Shown here: in pieces, positions 34,852 through 43,488 of the stretch
How positions within the stretch are numbered: position 1 is the first letter of the stretch
Layout of the letters: each line of letters opens with the position of its first letter
NCBI GenBank assembly: GCA_964367375.1
Contig: CAYIXG010000007.1
Coordinates: 21,530-85,529, forward strand
DNA length: 64,000 nt
Direction of reading: 5' to 3'
DNA from: Candidatus Woesearchaeota archaeon
GTDB taxonomy: Archaea; Nanobdellota; Nanobdellia; SCGC-AAA011-G17; UBA489
The notes under the pieces: generated by a model
What the model saw: the letters and a program-made list of their open reading frames with translations, nothing else
Told to the model about the DNA's origin: nothing
Databases searched by the model: none
Program-made: the position numbers and the translations under genes

Positions 34852-35250
34852 TTATTGGTGAGGGATTGCTTTTACTATTGAGCTGAAAGCATCAGCTTGT
34901 TCAGGTGCAAGTAAGGAAGGAGTATCGCCTTTAATATATCTGTTTTGTGGTGCTTCTAAAAGAGCTTGGGTAACTGCATGGTAAGTTTTATCATCGTCTC
35001 TACTGACAATCTCTGGAATGGAAACTTCTGAAAAACCAGGCAGTCCAAGTACTTCATCAATAGATCCATTTTTATCAACATCAATGAGGAAGAGTGAACC
35101 TCTCTTTCCTGAAGGATCATGAGCAATGTGTAATCCATATCTAATGGGATTGATGCTATGATTGATTGAGCGTCCTTCTATTCGAGCCTTGCCTCCGCAT
35201 GCAGCGAGTAATGCGACTAAGCTTATTGTTGTTGCGAGTTGTCTGAACAT
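34852..35250 (-). CDS. Small lipoprotein with a DxDxNGxID calcium-loop-like motif
   Basis: Lipobox LLAAC|GG after a hydrophobic N-terminus. FLIDVDKNGSIDEVLG loop. A GGAGG site lies 7 nt upstream of the ATG. Confidence 0.55.
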   Translation of the reverse strand: MFRQLATTISLVALLAACGGKARIEGRSINHSINPIRYGLHIAHDPSGKRGSLFLIDVDKNGSIDEVLGLPGFSEVSIPEIVSRDDDKTYHAVTQALLEAPQNRYIKGDTPSLLAPEQADAFSSIVKAIPHQ

Positions 35251-35363
35251 TGTTTTCCTCCAATAAAAATGATGATCTATTCAGAAATTGGCTATTATTT
35301 AAACTTTTCTATTTTAATCACTTTAGAGTGACTAATCTTTTACAAGTCTTGGAGGCAAAGTCT

Positions 35364-35371
35364 TTTATAAA
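35364..35371 (+). promoter_or_regulatory. TATA box (TTTATAAA) 19 nt upstream of ATG 35391
   Basis: Supports the downstream ATG rather than the TTG at 35250. Confidence 0.4.
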
Positions 35372-35390
35372 AAAGAGGAGTAGCAAAAGC

Positions 35391-35906
35391 ATGCTGTACA
35401 CCATTGGCATCATAGTAGTAGCCTTTCTGGGATTAATAGGAGGCTATTTCTTACAGTATCTAGCAAAGGAAGAGATAAAACAAGCACAACCTTATCTGGT
35501 GTGGTTGCAAAGAGCCATATTGATGATAGTAGTAATCATCATGGTTTACACAGCAATGCAGGTCTTTCCCAGAACAATCGGGTTTTATAGTGCAATTGGC
35601 ATTGCAGGAGTCCTCGGCTTTTTTACTGCAAAAAAGTGGAGAAAGCGCTATTTTTATTTAGGTCTTGCAATGGTGATGGCAGTCTTGCTCGAAACAACTG
35701 AAGCTGCAGTGATAATAGGGAGTCTTATTTTTGTGTACGGCTTGCCTTTTGGATCAACAAAGATACAAAAAGGAAAATGGAAGGAAATAGGAATGCATGC
35801 AATATTATTTGCAATTCCCTTCTTGCTTTTAGTCATGCGGTCTTCAATACGGCATCATTACCTCATCTTGGCATTCATTGCCGGTGCCGTGCTTCTCAGG
35901 GAATAA
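35391..35906 (+). CDS. Polytopic membrane protein (about 5 TM), unknown function
   Basis: Starts at MLYTIGIIVVAFLGLIGGYF and continues with successive hydrophobic helices. The 5' extension to 35250 is non-hydrophobic and lies over the promoter. Confidence 0.55.
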   Translation: MLYTIGIIVVAFLGLIGGYFLQYLAKEEIKQAQPYLVWLQRAILMIVVIIMVYTAMQVFPRTIGFYSAIGIAGVLGFFTAKKWRKRYFYLGLAMVMAVLLETTEAAVIIGSLIFVYGLPFGSTKIQKGKWKEIGMHAILFAIPFLLLVMRSSIRHHYLILAFIAGAVLLRE

Positions 35907-35941
35907 GAAGGTTTTAAAAGTGCTCAAAAAGGGAGTATGCT

Positions 35942-36667
35942 ATGGTTCTGTATCTTATTGGCCTTGGATTGGGGAATGAGAAAGATATCACGCTTAAAGG
36001 GTTAGAAGCAGTGAGAAAGTGTGAGAAAGTCTATCTGGAAAAGTACACGTCAAGAATTGTAGAGCATAAGAAAGAAGAGCTCGAAAAGGTGTATGAAAAG
36101 AAGATTCAGGAAGTTGATCGTTCGTTTGTTGAAGGAAAAGTGAATGAAATAGTTGAAGAGGCAAAGAAAAAAGATGTCGCGCTTCTTATTGGAGGAAGCC
36201 CATTTGCCGCAACAACGCACATCGAGTTTCTCATCTGTGGAAAAAAGAGGAAAGTGCAGGTGAAAGTGATCGAAAACGCGTCTGTGATTACTGCAATAGG
36301 AATCACAGGGTTGTTCATATACAAGTTTGGAAGAATTACAACAATTCCAAGAGAAAACAAGAATGTCACATCTCCCTTTGAAGTCATTCAGAAGAATCAG
36401 CAGATGGGATTGCACACGCTCCTCTTATTGGATGTGGATGAAAAAAGTTTCATGACTGCTGAAGAAGGAGTACAATATTTGATAAGACAAGGTCTTGATC
36501 CATCATCAAGAGTGGTTGGGTGCGCTGCGTTGGGAAGTGACGATCCAGAAATTAAGGTTGCGGAAGCGAAAAGGATAAAGCTGAACAAGGTTCCGCAGTG
36601 TCTCATTATTCCAGCAAGAGAATTGCATTTTAAGGAGCAAGAAGGGTTAGAAATGTACAAGGAGTGA
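35942..36667 (+). CDS. dph5: Diphthine synthase
   Basis: The N-terminus MVLYLIGLGLGNEKDITLKGLEAVRKCEKVYLEKYTS is characteristic of Dph5 (tetrapyrrole-methylase fold), an archaeal/eukaryotic marker. Confidence 0.85.
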   Translation: MVLYLIGLGLGNEKDITLKGLEAVRKCEKVYLEKYTSRIVEHKKEELEKVYEKKIQEVDRSFVEGKVNEIVEEAKKKDVALLIGGSPFAATTHIEFLICGKKRKVQVKVIENASVITAIGITGLFIYKFGRITTIPRENKNVTSPFEVIQKNQQMGLHTLLLLDVDEKSFMTAEEGVQYLIRQGLDPSSRVVGCAALGSDDPEIKVAEAKRIKLNKVPQCLIIPARELHFKEQEGLEMYKE

Positions 36668-36672
36668 AAGAA

Positions 36673-37653
36673 ATGTATAAAGTGACTGTCATTGGCGGAG
36701 GCACAGGTTCATTTAGCATGCTGACTGGGTTGCGGAATTATCCTGATGTGGATCTTGCTGCGATTGTGACCATGACAGATGATGGCGGTTCAAGTGGTAT
36801 ATTACGTGACGAGCTGGGAGTTCTTCCTCCTGGGGATGTGCGGCAGTGTTTGGTTGCATTGGCGGATGCAAAGGATTTGTGGAGAAGATTGTTTGCCTAT
36901 CGTTTTTCTCAGGGTTCATTAGCGGGACAAAATTTTGGGAATCTCTTTATTTCCGCGCTTGAAAAGATTACGGGATCATTTGAAAATGCCTTAGACGCTG
37001 CAGGAGAGATGTTACAGGTAAAAGGAAGAGTGATTCCAGTAACTCTTGATGATGTGCGTTTGATTGCAGAAACGACAGATGGAAGAACAATTCGGGGAGA
37101 GCACCAGATTGATTTGAAGGAGGCTGGAATAAAGAGGATATATTTTGAGCCAGAGCCGTCTGCAAATCCTGCTGCAGTGCGGAGAATTTTGGAGAGTGAT
37201 GCAGTAGTTATTGGCCCGGGAGATATATATACCAGTATTCTGCCAAATATTCTCGTTCAGGGAATAAAGACAGCGCTGCGAGACACGAATGGGGTGAAAG
37301 TATACGTATGTAATATCATGACGCAGCGTGCGCATACGCACGGTTTGACAGTAAAAGGGTTCGTTGACTTGCTTGAAAGGCAAGTGGATAGCACACTCTT
37401 TGATGTGGTGGTATACAATGAAAAAATGCCAAATCCATCATTCCTTGAATCATACGCGAGAGAAGGAGAATTCCCTGTAAAAGGTGAGGAAAGTGAACAC
37501 AAAGGAAGTAAAGTAAGATATAAAGGATATGATCTCCTGAGCGAAAAGGTGCCACAGCAAGTGCCTGGTGATAAGATAATGCGGGCGCTGATTAGGCATG
37601 ATCCTCTAAAGGCTGCTTCTGCTGTTTACAATATTTGCAAAGAAGGAAAATGA
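36673..37653 (+). CDS. CofD/YvcK-family protein (UPF0052)
   Basis: Motifs VIGGGTGSFSMLTGLR and AIVTMTDDGGSSGILRDELGVLPPGDVRQCLVAL are typical of this family. Confidence 0.75.
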   Translation: MYKVTVIGGGTGSFSMLTGLRNYPDVDLAAIVTMTDDGGSSGILRDELGVLPPGDVRQCLVALADAKDLWRRLFAYRFSQGSLAGQNFGNLFISALEKITGSFENALDAAGEMLQVKGRVIPVTLDDVRLIAETTDGRTIRGEHQIDLKEAGIKRIYFEPEPSANPAAVRRILESDAVVIGPGDIYTSILPNILVQGIKTALRDTNGVKVYVCNIMTQRAHTHGLTVKGFVDLLERQVDSTLFDVVVYNEKMPNPSFLESYAREGEFPVKGEESEHKGSKVRYKGYDLLSEKVPQQVPGDKIMRALIRHDPLKAASAVYNICKEGK

Positions 37654-37856
37654 TACGGGAAATTGAAGTAAAAGCAGGTGCAAAGAAAGCAGAAATAAAG
37701 GAAGTGAATGGTATAATAAAAGTGATGGTAAAGGAACCTCCAGAAAAGAACAAGGCAAATCGTGCGGTGATAAAAGTATTGTCTCAGCATTTTGGTAAAC
37801 CAGTAAGGATCATTCATGGACTTAAAGGGAAGAAAAAGAGAGTGATGATAGGATAA
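37650..37856 (+). CDS. DUF167 (YggU-like) protein
   Basis: VKAGAKKAEI...IKVMVKEPPEKNKANRAVIKVLSQHF...VRIIHGLKGKKKRVMI matches the DUF167 P-x-x-G-K-A-N pattern (here PEKNKAN). The ATG overlaps the upstream stop. Confidence 0.6.
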   Translation: MIREIEVKAGAKKAEIKEVNGIIKVMVKEPPEKNKANRAVIKVLSQHFGKPVRIIHGLKGKKKRVMIG

Positions 37857-38369
37857 TTATTTCTGTCTGAATGAAAGGACTGATTGACTGCCGTGGCTGA
37901 TGATTTCTCCAGTAGTTGCGTTGATTTTAAAGTTAAGCAGTTGGAGGGATGAGGTGATATAGCTGATATTCCAAAGAGGGATTGCTTGTTGTTGGAGGAT
38001 GAGGATTTTCTTTGTGGGGTGATGATCACTATACTCTTTTTCTCGTGCTTCTTCAACGATGCGGAGGGCGTCAATAATGTTAACAGAAACTTTGTCAAGG
38101 GAAAGTTTTTCAACTATTTTGTGTTTTTCTTTGAATACTTTGGATGATTGCTCAAGTTTTGTGGCAATGCATTGAGCAATAACGAACGAAGTAATTTCGT
38201 CTGTGTTTTTGTCGTACAAGTCAACTTGCCAGTTGTCTTCAATGTTTGTATCCTTGTCTTCATCAAATATTTTGAAGAAGCTGCAAAGGTAAGATTTTTG
38301 GTGGGTGCATTTCCAGTCTTTGTATGCAGGTGTTTTTTCGAGGAGGGTAATAAAATCAGTGAAGATCAT
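37857..38369 (-). CDS. Hypothetical protein with a PepSY-like C-terminal half
   Basis: The ending ...ILILQQQAIPLWNISYITSSLQLLNFKINATTGEIIS resembles PepSY-type beta-sheet ends. The gene overlaps thrS by 4 nt. Confidence 0.4.
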   Translation of the reverse strand: MIFTDFITLLEKTPAYKDWKCTHQKSYLCSFFKIFDEDKDTNIEDNWQVDLYDKNTDEITSFVIAQCIATKLEQSSKVFKEKHKIVEKLSLDKVSVNIIDALRIVEEAREKEYSDHHPTKKILILQQQAIPLWNISYITSSLQLLNFKINATTGEIISHGSQSVLSFRQK

Positions 38370-40111
38370 GATGCTCGTGTATGGATCTCCTTTGCAAGTT
38401 TTGCGATGAAAGTGTCGAGAGGAGCGCCAAAGGATACTTTTCCGTCTCTCGTGCGAATGGCAAGTGTTTTTGTTTGTTCTTCCTTGTCTCCAATAGTAAT
38501 CATGTAATTGACTTTATTGATCTGTGCTTCTCGAACTTTCTTTGCAATGGAATGGGATTTGAAATCCGCTTCTGCCCGGATGCCTGCCTGTGTGAGTGCA
38601 GTAAGCACTTCTTGTGCATATTCCTTGTTTCGATCATTGATGTTCATCACGACAACTTGCGTTGGATTCAACCACAAAGGAAGTTTTCCTGCAAGATGTT
38701 CAAGGAGGATGCTGATAAATCGCTCTAAAGATCCAGAAACAGCGACATGAATCATAAAGACGTGCTTCTTTTTGCTGTCCTTATCTTCATATGTCAAATT
38801 AAATCGTTCAGGCTGGTTGAAGTCAAATTGGATGGTGCCTACTTGCCATTCTCTCCCTAAAGAGTCTTTGGCTAAGAAGTCTATTTTTGGTCCGTAAAAT
38901 GCTGCTTCTCCGAGGCCGTCAATATAAGTGGTGTTCCTTTTTTTGAAAATGGTAATCATTTTCTGTTCTGCCTGTTTCCAGAGTTCTGGGGTGCCGAGGT
39001 ACGCATTAAAATTATTGGGGTCATGTCTGGAGAATCGTGGCTGGACGGTAAATCCAAAGGTGGAATAAAAGGTATTAATAATATCCCAGGCAACATTAAT
39101 TTCGTGTGCAGTCTGGTCTTCGCTGCAAAAGATGTGTGCATCGTCTTGGGTGACACTTCTCACGCGTGATAATCCATGCAATTCTCCTGTTTGTTCGTCT
39201 CGGTAGATCATGGTTGTTTCGCAGTATCGTTGGGGCAAGTCTCGATAACTTCTTGGTTTGTTTGCGTAAATTTGGGTGTGATGCGGGCAGTTCATCGGTT
39301 TAATGACGAAGTGATGTCCTTCTCTTGTGTGAATGTGAAATAAGTCGTTTGCAAATTTTGTCCAGTGGCCACTCGTTTCATAGAGTTCTTTGCGTGCAAA
39401 GTGGGGAATAGTAACCTTCTGATAGCCGTGTTTTTTTCGTAGTTCCCAAATGAAGTCGTCAATGAGTGTGCGGACGAGTGTTCCTCGAGGTGTCCATAGG
39501 GGTAAGCCAGCTCCAACAAGGGGAGAAAATAAAAAAAGGTCAAGTTCTTTCCCGAGCTTTTTGTGGTCTCTCAGTTTTGCTTCAACAGTGATTTTTAGGT
39601 GATCATCAAGTTCTTTTTTTGTGGAGAATGCAACGCCGTAAATGCGGGTGAGCATGGCATTATTGGAGTTTCCTCTCCAGTATGCGCCTGCGAGGTGTGT
39701 CAATTTGAATGCATCAGGATGAATATCATTAATGTCAGACACGTGGCCTCCTTTGCACAGGTCCCAATAAGTGCCTGATTTGTAGAAGGTAAGTTTGGTA
39801 TTTTCTTTGGAGAATTCTTCGATCAGTTCGTGCTTGTACGGATTATTAGGATATTCTTTGAGTGCTTGTGCTTTGGTGAGCTCATGCTTTTCAAAGCTCT
39901 TCCATGTCGGAAGGATTTTGCGCATCTCCTTCTCTATGTTCGGTAAGTCTTCTTCTGAAATGGGGTGTGAGAATGCAAAGTCAAAGTAAAATCCATTCTC
40001 AATTGCAGGTCCGATGGTGCGTTTGGTGTCGGGCCAGAGTCTCATGACTGCTGCAGCTAATAAGTGTGCGAGAGAGTGTCTGATATGTTCCAATGATTGG
40101 TTTTCTGACAT
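38366..40111 (-). CDS. thrS: Threonyl-tRNA synthetase, bacterial-type editing domain, no TGS domain
   Basis: Starts at the N2 editing domain (RHSLAHLLA HxxxH; DLCKGGHV CxxxH). Followed by the class-II catalytic core (HGLSRVRSVTQDDAHIF, FYGPKIDF) and the anticodon-binding domain. Confidence 0.9.
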   Translation of the reverse strand: MSENQSLEHIRHSLAHLLAAAVMRLWPDTKRTIGPAIENGFYFDFAFSHPISEEDLPNIEKEMRKILPTWKSFEKHELTKAQALKEYPNNPYKHELIEEFSKENTKLTFYKSGTYWDLCKGGHVSDINDIHPDAFKLTHLAGAYWRGNSNNAMLTRIYGVAFSTKKELDDHLKITVEAKLRDHKKLGKELDLFLFSPLVGAGLPLWTPRGTLVRTLIDDFIWELRKKHGYQKVTIPHFARKELYETSGHWTKFANDLFHIHTREGHHFVIKPMNCPHHTQIYANKPRSYRDLPQRYCETTMIYRDEQTGELHGLSRVRSVTQDDAHIFCSEDQTAHEINVAWDIINTFYSTFGFTVQPRFSRHDPNNFNAYLGTPELWKQAEQKMITIFKKRNTTYIDGLGEAAFYGPKIDFLAKDSLGREWQVGTIQFDFNQPERFNLTYEDKDSKKKHVFMIHVAVSGSLERFISILLEHLAGKLPLWLNPTQVVVMNINDRNKEYAQEVLTALTQAGIRAEADFKSHSIAKKVREAQINKVNYMITIGDKEEQTKTLAIRTRDGKVSFGAPLDTFIAKLAKEIHTRAS

Positions 40112-40193
40112 GAAATATACGCCCTTTAAGAACTATTTAAAGGTAGTGGTGAAGGAGGGAAACTATATAAATAATCAGTGAATCTGTTTAAAA

Positions 40194-42074
40194 ATGGAAA
40201 GGTGGTGGGTATGGCTTATTCTAGGAATGATTATTATTCCATTAGTAACTGCAGAGATTAGTATAAATGGTCCCGGCAGAGCAGTGGTGAATGTAGGTGA
40301 TGAACTAGCATTGTCAGGGTTTGTAACGCATACAACAAGTCTCATTGGAGTATTAAAAATGAGGATGGTATGCGGGGCAATTGAGCAGCCCTTGTTGATT
40401 CGTTCGATCTCATTGACTGCAAACGTGCAAGAGGATTTTGAAGAAACGCTGCCAGTACCTTTGTTTATTGAAGGGTCATGCAAAATGAGAGTAAGTGTGG
40501 AGCATGCCGGTCAAATAATTCTTGAGACAGAGTCTCCCGAGTTTGTGATTTCCAAGGAAATAGTAGGGAGCTTTTCGATAAATGCAGAAACAATTAAGCT
40601 GGGAGATCAGGTAATAGTGAAAGGAATGATTACCAAGCTTGATGGGAGTGAAGTGGAGGGGATTGCAACAGTATTCTTGAAGCAGGCAGGAACAGATGTG
40701 CTTGTGGATACTATTGAGGTGAAAAAGGGTGTGCTTGAGTATGAGATGAAGACGATTGAACTGCTTTCAGGACAGTACGCTATTAATGTGGCAGTGCAGG
40801 ACATATTTGGAAATGAAAAAACGTTTCAGGGTCTTGTGTTGACAATTGCGGGAAACATTTCAGTGTTTGCAGAGCCTGAACAGTTGCACGTCGGTCCAGG
40901 AGAGAAAGTGCGGATTATAGGGGAAGCAACAGTCCTTGACAAGCCTTTGGAAAAAGGAAAAGCAAAAATAAGGCTTGCAGAAGAAGAGGTTGAAGTGTCA
41001 GTTATAGGAGGAGCTTTTTCTGGAAGTATAAGGCTTCCTGAGCAAATAAAGTCAGGAAGGCAGGAGGTTGATGTGTTAGTGGAAGATGATTTTGGAAATC
41101 GCGGGCAGGTCATGCTTGCAGTGATTGTTGATCCACTTTCCACAAGGGTGGAAGTGAGTGGGTTGAAAGAGTCATATCTTCCGGGAGAAACGATGACAGT
41201 AACTCCGGTGATTGAAGATCAGGCAGGGGACGTGGTGACGAGTGATGTGGGGATAACAATAGTGAATGCAAGGAAGAGTGTAGCCTATACAGATACGGTG
41301 CAAAGTAATACTCTTGTGGATTTTGGGTTGTTGAATGATGCGCCTCCGGGAACGTGGAAAATAGAATTGTTTTCTTCCGGGATAAAAGATGAGGTTATGT
41401 TTACTGTTGAGGAGAAAGTATTGTTGGAATATGAAATCATAAATCAGACATTAGTGGTAACAAATAGGGGAAACGTGCAAGTTGAGGGACCATTGAAGAT
41501 TGAGTTGCAGGGTGTGGATACAATTGGAACAATAGTGAAAGACATGTCTCTGGGCTTGGGAAAAAGTAAGGAAATTAATCTTGCATCAGGAGTGAAGGAG
41601 GGAGTATATAATGTGTATGTGGGTGAGGAAGTATTTGAGAATGTGGTGATTGCAGGTGGGAAAAGGAGAGATCAATTGATTATTGGCGTGCTCTGGTTTA
41701 TATTAGGAGTGCTTGTGTTGTTATTGGTATGGTATGTGCTTCGATGGATAAATGCGGGAAAGAAGAAAATAAGGAGGGTTGAGGAGAAAAAAGTGAGGAT
41801 TCATCCTCCAGAGGAAGAGGTGAAGCGTTTTCGGGTGAGGATGGCAGAGCAAGTAGATAAGATAAGTCCAAAGATGCAGTTTAAGGTTAAAAAACAAAAT
41901 ATAAAAGATGAATTTGTGTATGATCTTCCTGCAAAGAAGCAGCCAAAGTCATTCTGGGAACTTTCGGATGAGCCAGTATATAGGAATGATGTCATGAAGC
42001 AAGAAAAAAGTAGAGAAAAGAATCAAAAAAATTCTGGAGAACCAAAGAGGAGTTTATTCAGGATGTTTGATTAA
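40194..42074 (+). CDS. Type-I membrane surface protein with Ig/CARDB-like repeats and a long Lys-rich cytoplasmic tail
   Basis: Signal peptide MERWWVWLILGMIIIPLVTA. Domain ends GQYAINVAVQD, GTWKIELFSS, GVYNVYVGEE. TM LIIGVLWFILGVLVLLLVWYVL, then a ~110-aa basic tail. Confidence 0.6.
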   Translation: MERWWVWLILGMIIIPLVTAEISINGPGRAVVNVGDELALSGFVTHTTSLIGVLKMRMVCGAIEQPLLIRSISLTANVQEDFEETLPVPLFIEGSCKMRVSVEHAGQIILETESPEFVISKEIVGSFSINAETIKLGDQVIVKGMITKLDGSEVEGIATVFLKQAGTDVLVDTIEVKKGVLEYEMKTIELLSGQYAINVAVQDIFGNEKTFQGLVLTIAGNISVFAEPEQLHVGPGEKVRIIGEATVLDKPLEKGKAKIRLAEEEVEVSVIGGAFSGSIRLPEQIKSGRQEVDVLVEDDFGNRGQVMLAVIVDPLSTRVEVSGLKESYLPGETMTVTPVIEDQAGDVVTSDVGITIVNARKSVAYTDTVQSNTLVDFGLLNDAPPGTWKIELFSSGIKDEVMFTVEEKVLLEYEIINQTLVVTNRGNVQVEGPLKIELQGVDTIGTIVKDMSLGLGKSKEINLASGVKEGVYNVYVGEEVFENVVIAGGKRRDQLIIGVLWFILGVLVLLLVWYVLRWINAGKKKIRRVEEKKVRIHPPEEEVKRFRVRMAEQVDKISPKMQFKVKKQNIKDEFVYDLPAKKQPKSFWELSDEPVYRNDVMKQEKSREKNQKNSGEPKRSLFRMFD

Positions 42075-42607
42075 GTGCGTGATTCGGCAATGCGTTCAAT
42101 AGTGTCTCCTTGGTGTACAATACCTTCAACAAGTACCCTTGCATAGAACCCTGTCATGCCCCATTTTGGGCTTGAAAAATCTCCTTTTTTGATGTCCGCA
42201 TCCCACATGGATTGTTTGATGTCTGCTCCTTGTGGTGCGCGAGGATTATAAGCGCTACGAATAGTACTGCAGGGTGTTCGTACTTTCGTAATTTGAATGT
42301 GAACTGCAGAGCCAACGTGATAGACGTCGCCAATTCGAATAAGGTGATGATCAAGGCCTTGTGTAGTAAAGTTTTCTCCAAGTGCTCCGGGAAACACAGG
42401 GAATCCTTGTTCTTTAAGGATGGCAAGGCATTCTAAGGAATAAAGGCAAATTGCTTGTTCTGTTCCTCCATGGCCATGCCAGTTCCAATTGTCTCCTTCA
42501 AGGCGCTCTCGTGTCACTCGTGCGAAAGGCACGCTCTGTTTAGGAACGCCACCGTATCCAGTATTTATTTGGTAAATAATGCCAGTCATAAAGGTAATGC
42601 CAGTCAT
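42071..42607 (-). CDS. MOSC-domain protein (YiiM-like)
   Basis: GALGENFTTQGLDHHLIRIGDVYHVGSAVHIQITKVRTPCSTI is typical of MOSC domains. There are two in-frame ATGs 18 nt apart (42607 and 42589). Confidence 0.7.
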   Translation of the reverse strand: MTGITFMTGIIYQINTGYGGVPKQSVPFARVTRERLEGDNWNWHGHGGTEQAICLYSLECLAILKEQGFPVFPGALGENFTTQGLDHHLIRIGDVYHVGSAVHIQITKVRTPCSTIRSAYNPRAPQGADIKQSMWDADIKKGDFSSPKWGMTGFYARVLVEGIVHQGDTIERIAESRT

Positions 42608-42612
42608 AAAGG
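42577..42612. repeat. Perfect 18-bp tandem duplication (TAATGCCAGTCATAAAGG x2) spanning the MOSC start codon
   Basis: 42577-42594 is identical to 42595-42612; each copy carries an ATG on the minus strand. Confidence 0.9.
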
Positions 42613-42675
42613 AAATAAAAAAAAGAGTATTTAAGGGTTATGAATGGGCATAAGAAGTGATGGTGTGAAGTTGCA

Positions 42676-43170
42676 TTATTTTTGTTGAATAAAGAAAAGA
42701 TCTTTATCATTTTCATATAAAGTATAGTGGAAAGATATAAAGAGTGAATGCTGAGATGCTGCTGCGCTTTGTTTCAAGATGCTGATGGCAATCCATGCTC
42801 CTGGTTTTGCAATGCGCTCTATTTCTGCAAGTGCTTTTTGCAGGTTACAATGGTGGAGTGCGGTTAATGAAATAATGGTGTCAAAGCTCTTGTCTGGGAA
42901 GGGAAGGTGTTCCGCATATCCAATAATTTTTGTAGAAGGAAAAGAGCATTGATCAAGGAGTGCTTTGCTGGGGTCGAGAAGAGTGACAGTATCAACGTGA
43001 GGTATAAAGAGCTCGCTTGATATGCCAGTGCCTGCGCCAATATCAAGAAGATTTCCTCTTGCTATGAACTTTGATTGGATGAATCGTGCTTTTGCCAGTT
43101 GTTCATCTCGGTAAAGCTCAGTATATCCAGGTGCAATGGTATCATAGTAAGAGTGCATTATATGCTCCAA
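42676..43170 (-). CDS. Class I SAM-dependent methyltransferase
   Basis: Motif I is LLDIGAGTGISSELF, followed by post-I LLDPS and FDTIISLTALHH. Confidence 0.7.
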   Translation of the reverse strand: MEHIMHSYYDTIAPGYTELYRDEQLAKARFIQSKFIARGNLLDIGAGTGISSELFIPHVDTVTLLDPSKALLDQCSFPSTKIIGYAEHLPFPDKSFDTIISLTALHHCNLQKALAEIERIAKPGAWIAISILKQSAAASQHSLFISFHYTLYENDKDLFFIQQK

Positions 43171-43224
43171 AAGATAATAATCTTCTTAAGGAATAAACGC
43201 TTTATAAATAAAGGGGTTTTGAAC

Positions 43225-43440
43225 ATGAAAAAGATCTTAGGAATTTTATTAATAGTACTTATAATAGGGTTAACGAGTGCCACTGCAGTGTCTGCGAATT
43301 ATGGGTGTGGATATCATGGAGGATATGGGTGGCAGGGGTATTATGGAGGGGGATATTATGGAATGGGATACCCAAGGTATTATTCCAGGCCTTATTATCA
43401 AAGGTATAATCCGTATTATAAGCCATGGTATGGGTGGTAA
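43225..43440 (+). CDS. Secreted Tyr/Gly-rich low-complexity peptide (71-aa precursor)
   Basis: Signal peptide MKKILGILLIVLIIGLTSATAVSA. The 47-aa mature part, NYGCGYHGGYGWQGYYGGGYYGMGYPRYYSRPYYQRYNPYYKPWYGW, has 16 Tyr, 12 Gly and 3 Trp. A TTTATAAA box lies at 43201. Confidence 0.6.
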   Translation: MKKILGILLIVLIIGLTSATAVSANYGCGYHGGYGWQGYYGGGYYGMGYPRYYSRPYYQRYNPYYKPWYGW

Positions 43441-43458
43441 TAAGACCCGAAGAAAAAG

Positions 43459-43466
43459 TTTATAAA
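43459..43466 (+). promoter_or_regulatory. TATA box (TTTATAAA) 22 nt upstream of ATG 43489
   Basis: Consensus box at the consensus spacing. Confidence 0.45.
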
Positions 43467-43488
43467 TGAAGGCTGAGAAGAAGCTGTT

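Noticed and set aside
35250-35390. TTG-initiated 47-aa extension of the membrane protein at 35391.
   Set aside because: The extension runs across the TATA box at 35364 and the divergent lipoprotein ribosome-binding site. The hydrophobic protein begins naturally at ATG 35391.
43075-43224. A long 121-aa version of the Tyr/Gly-rich peptide ORF.
   Set aside because: Its first 50 codons overlap the methyltransferase gene antisense and cross the TATA box at 43201. The signal peptide starts at ATG 43225.
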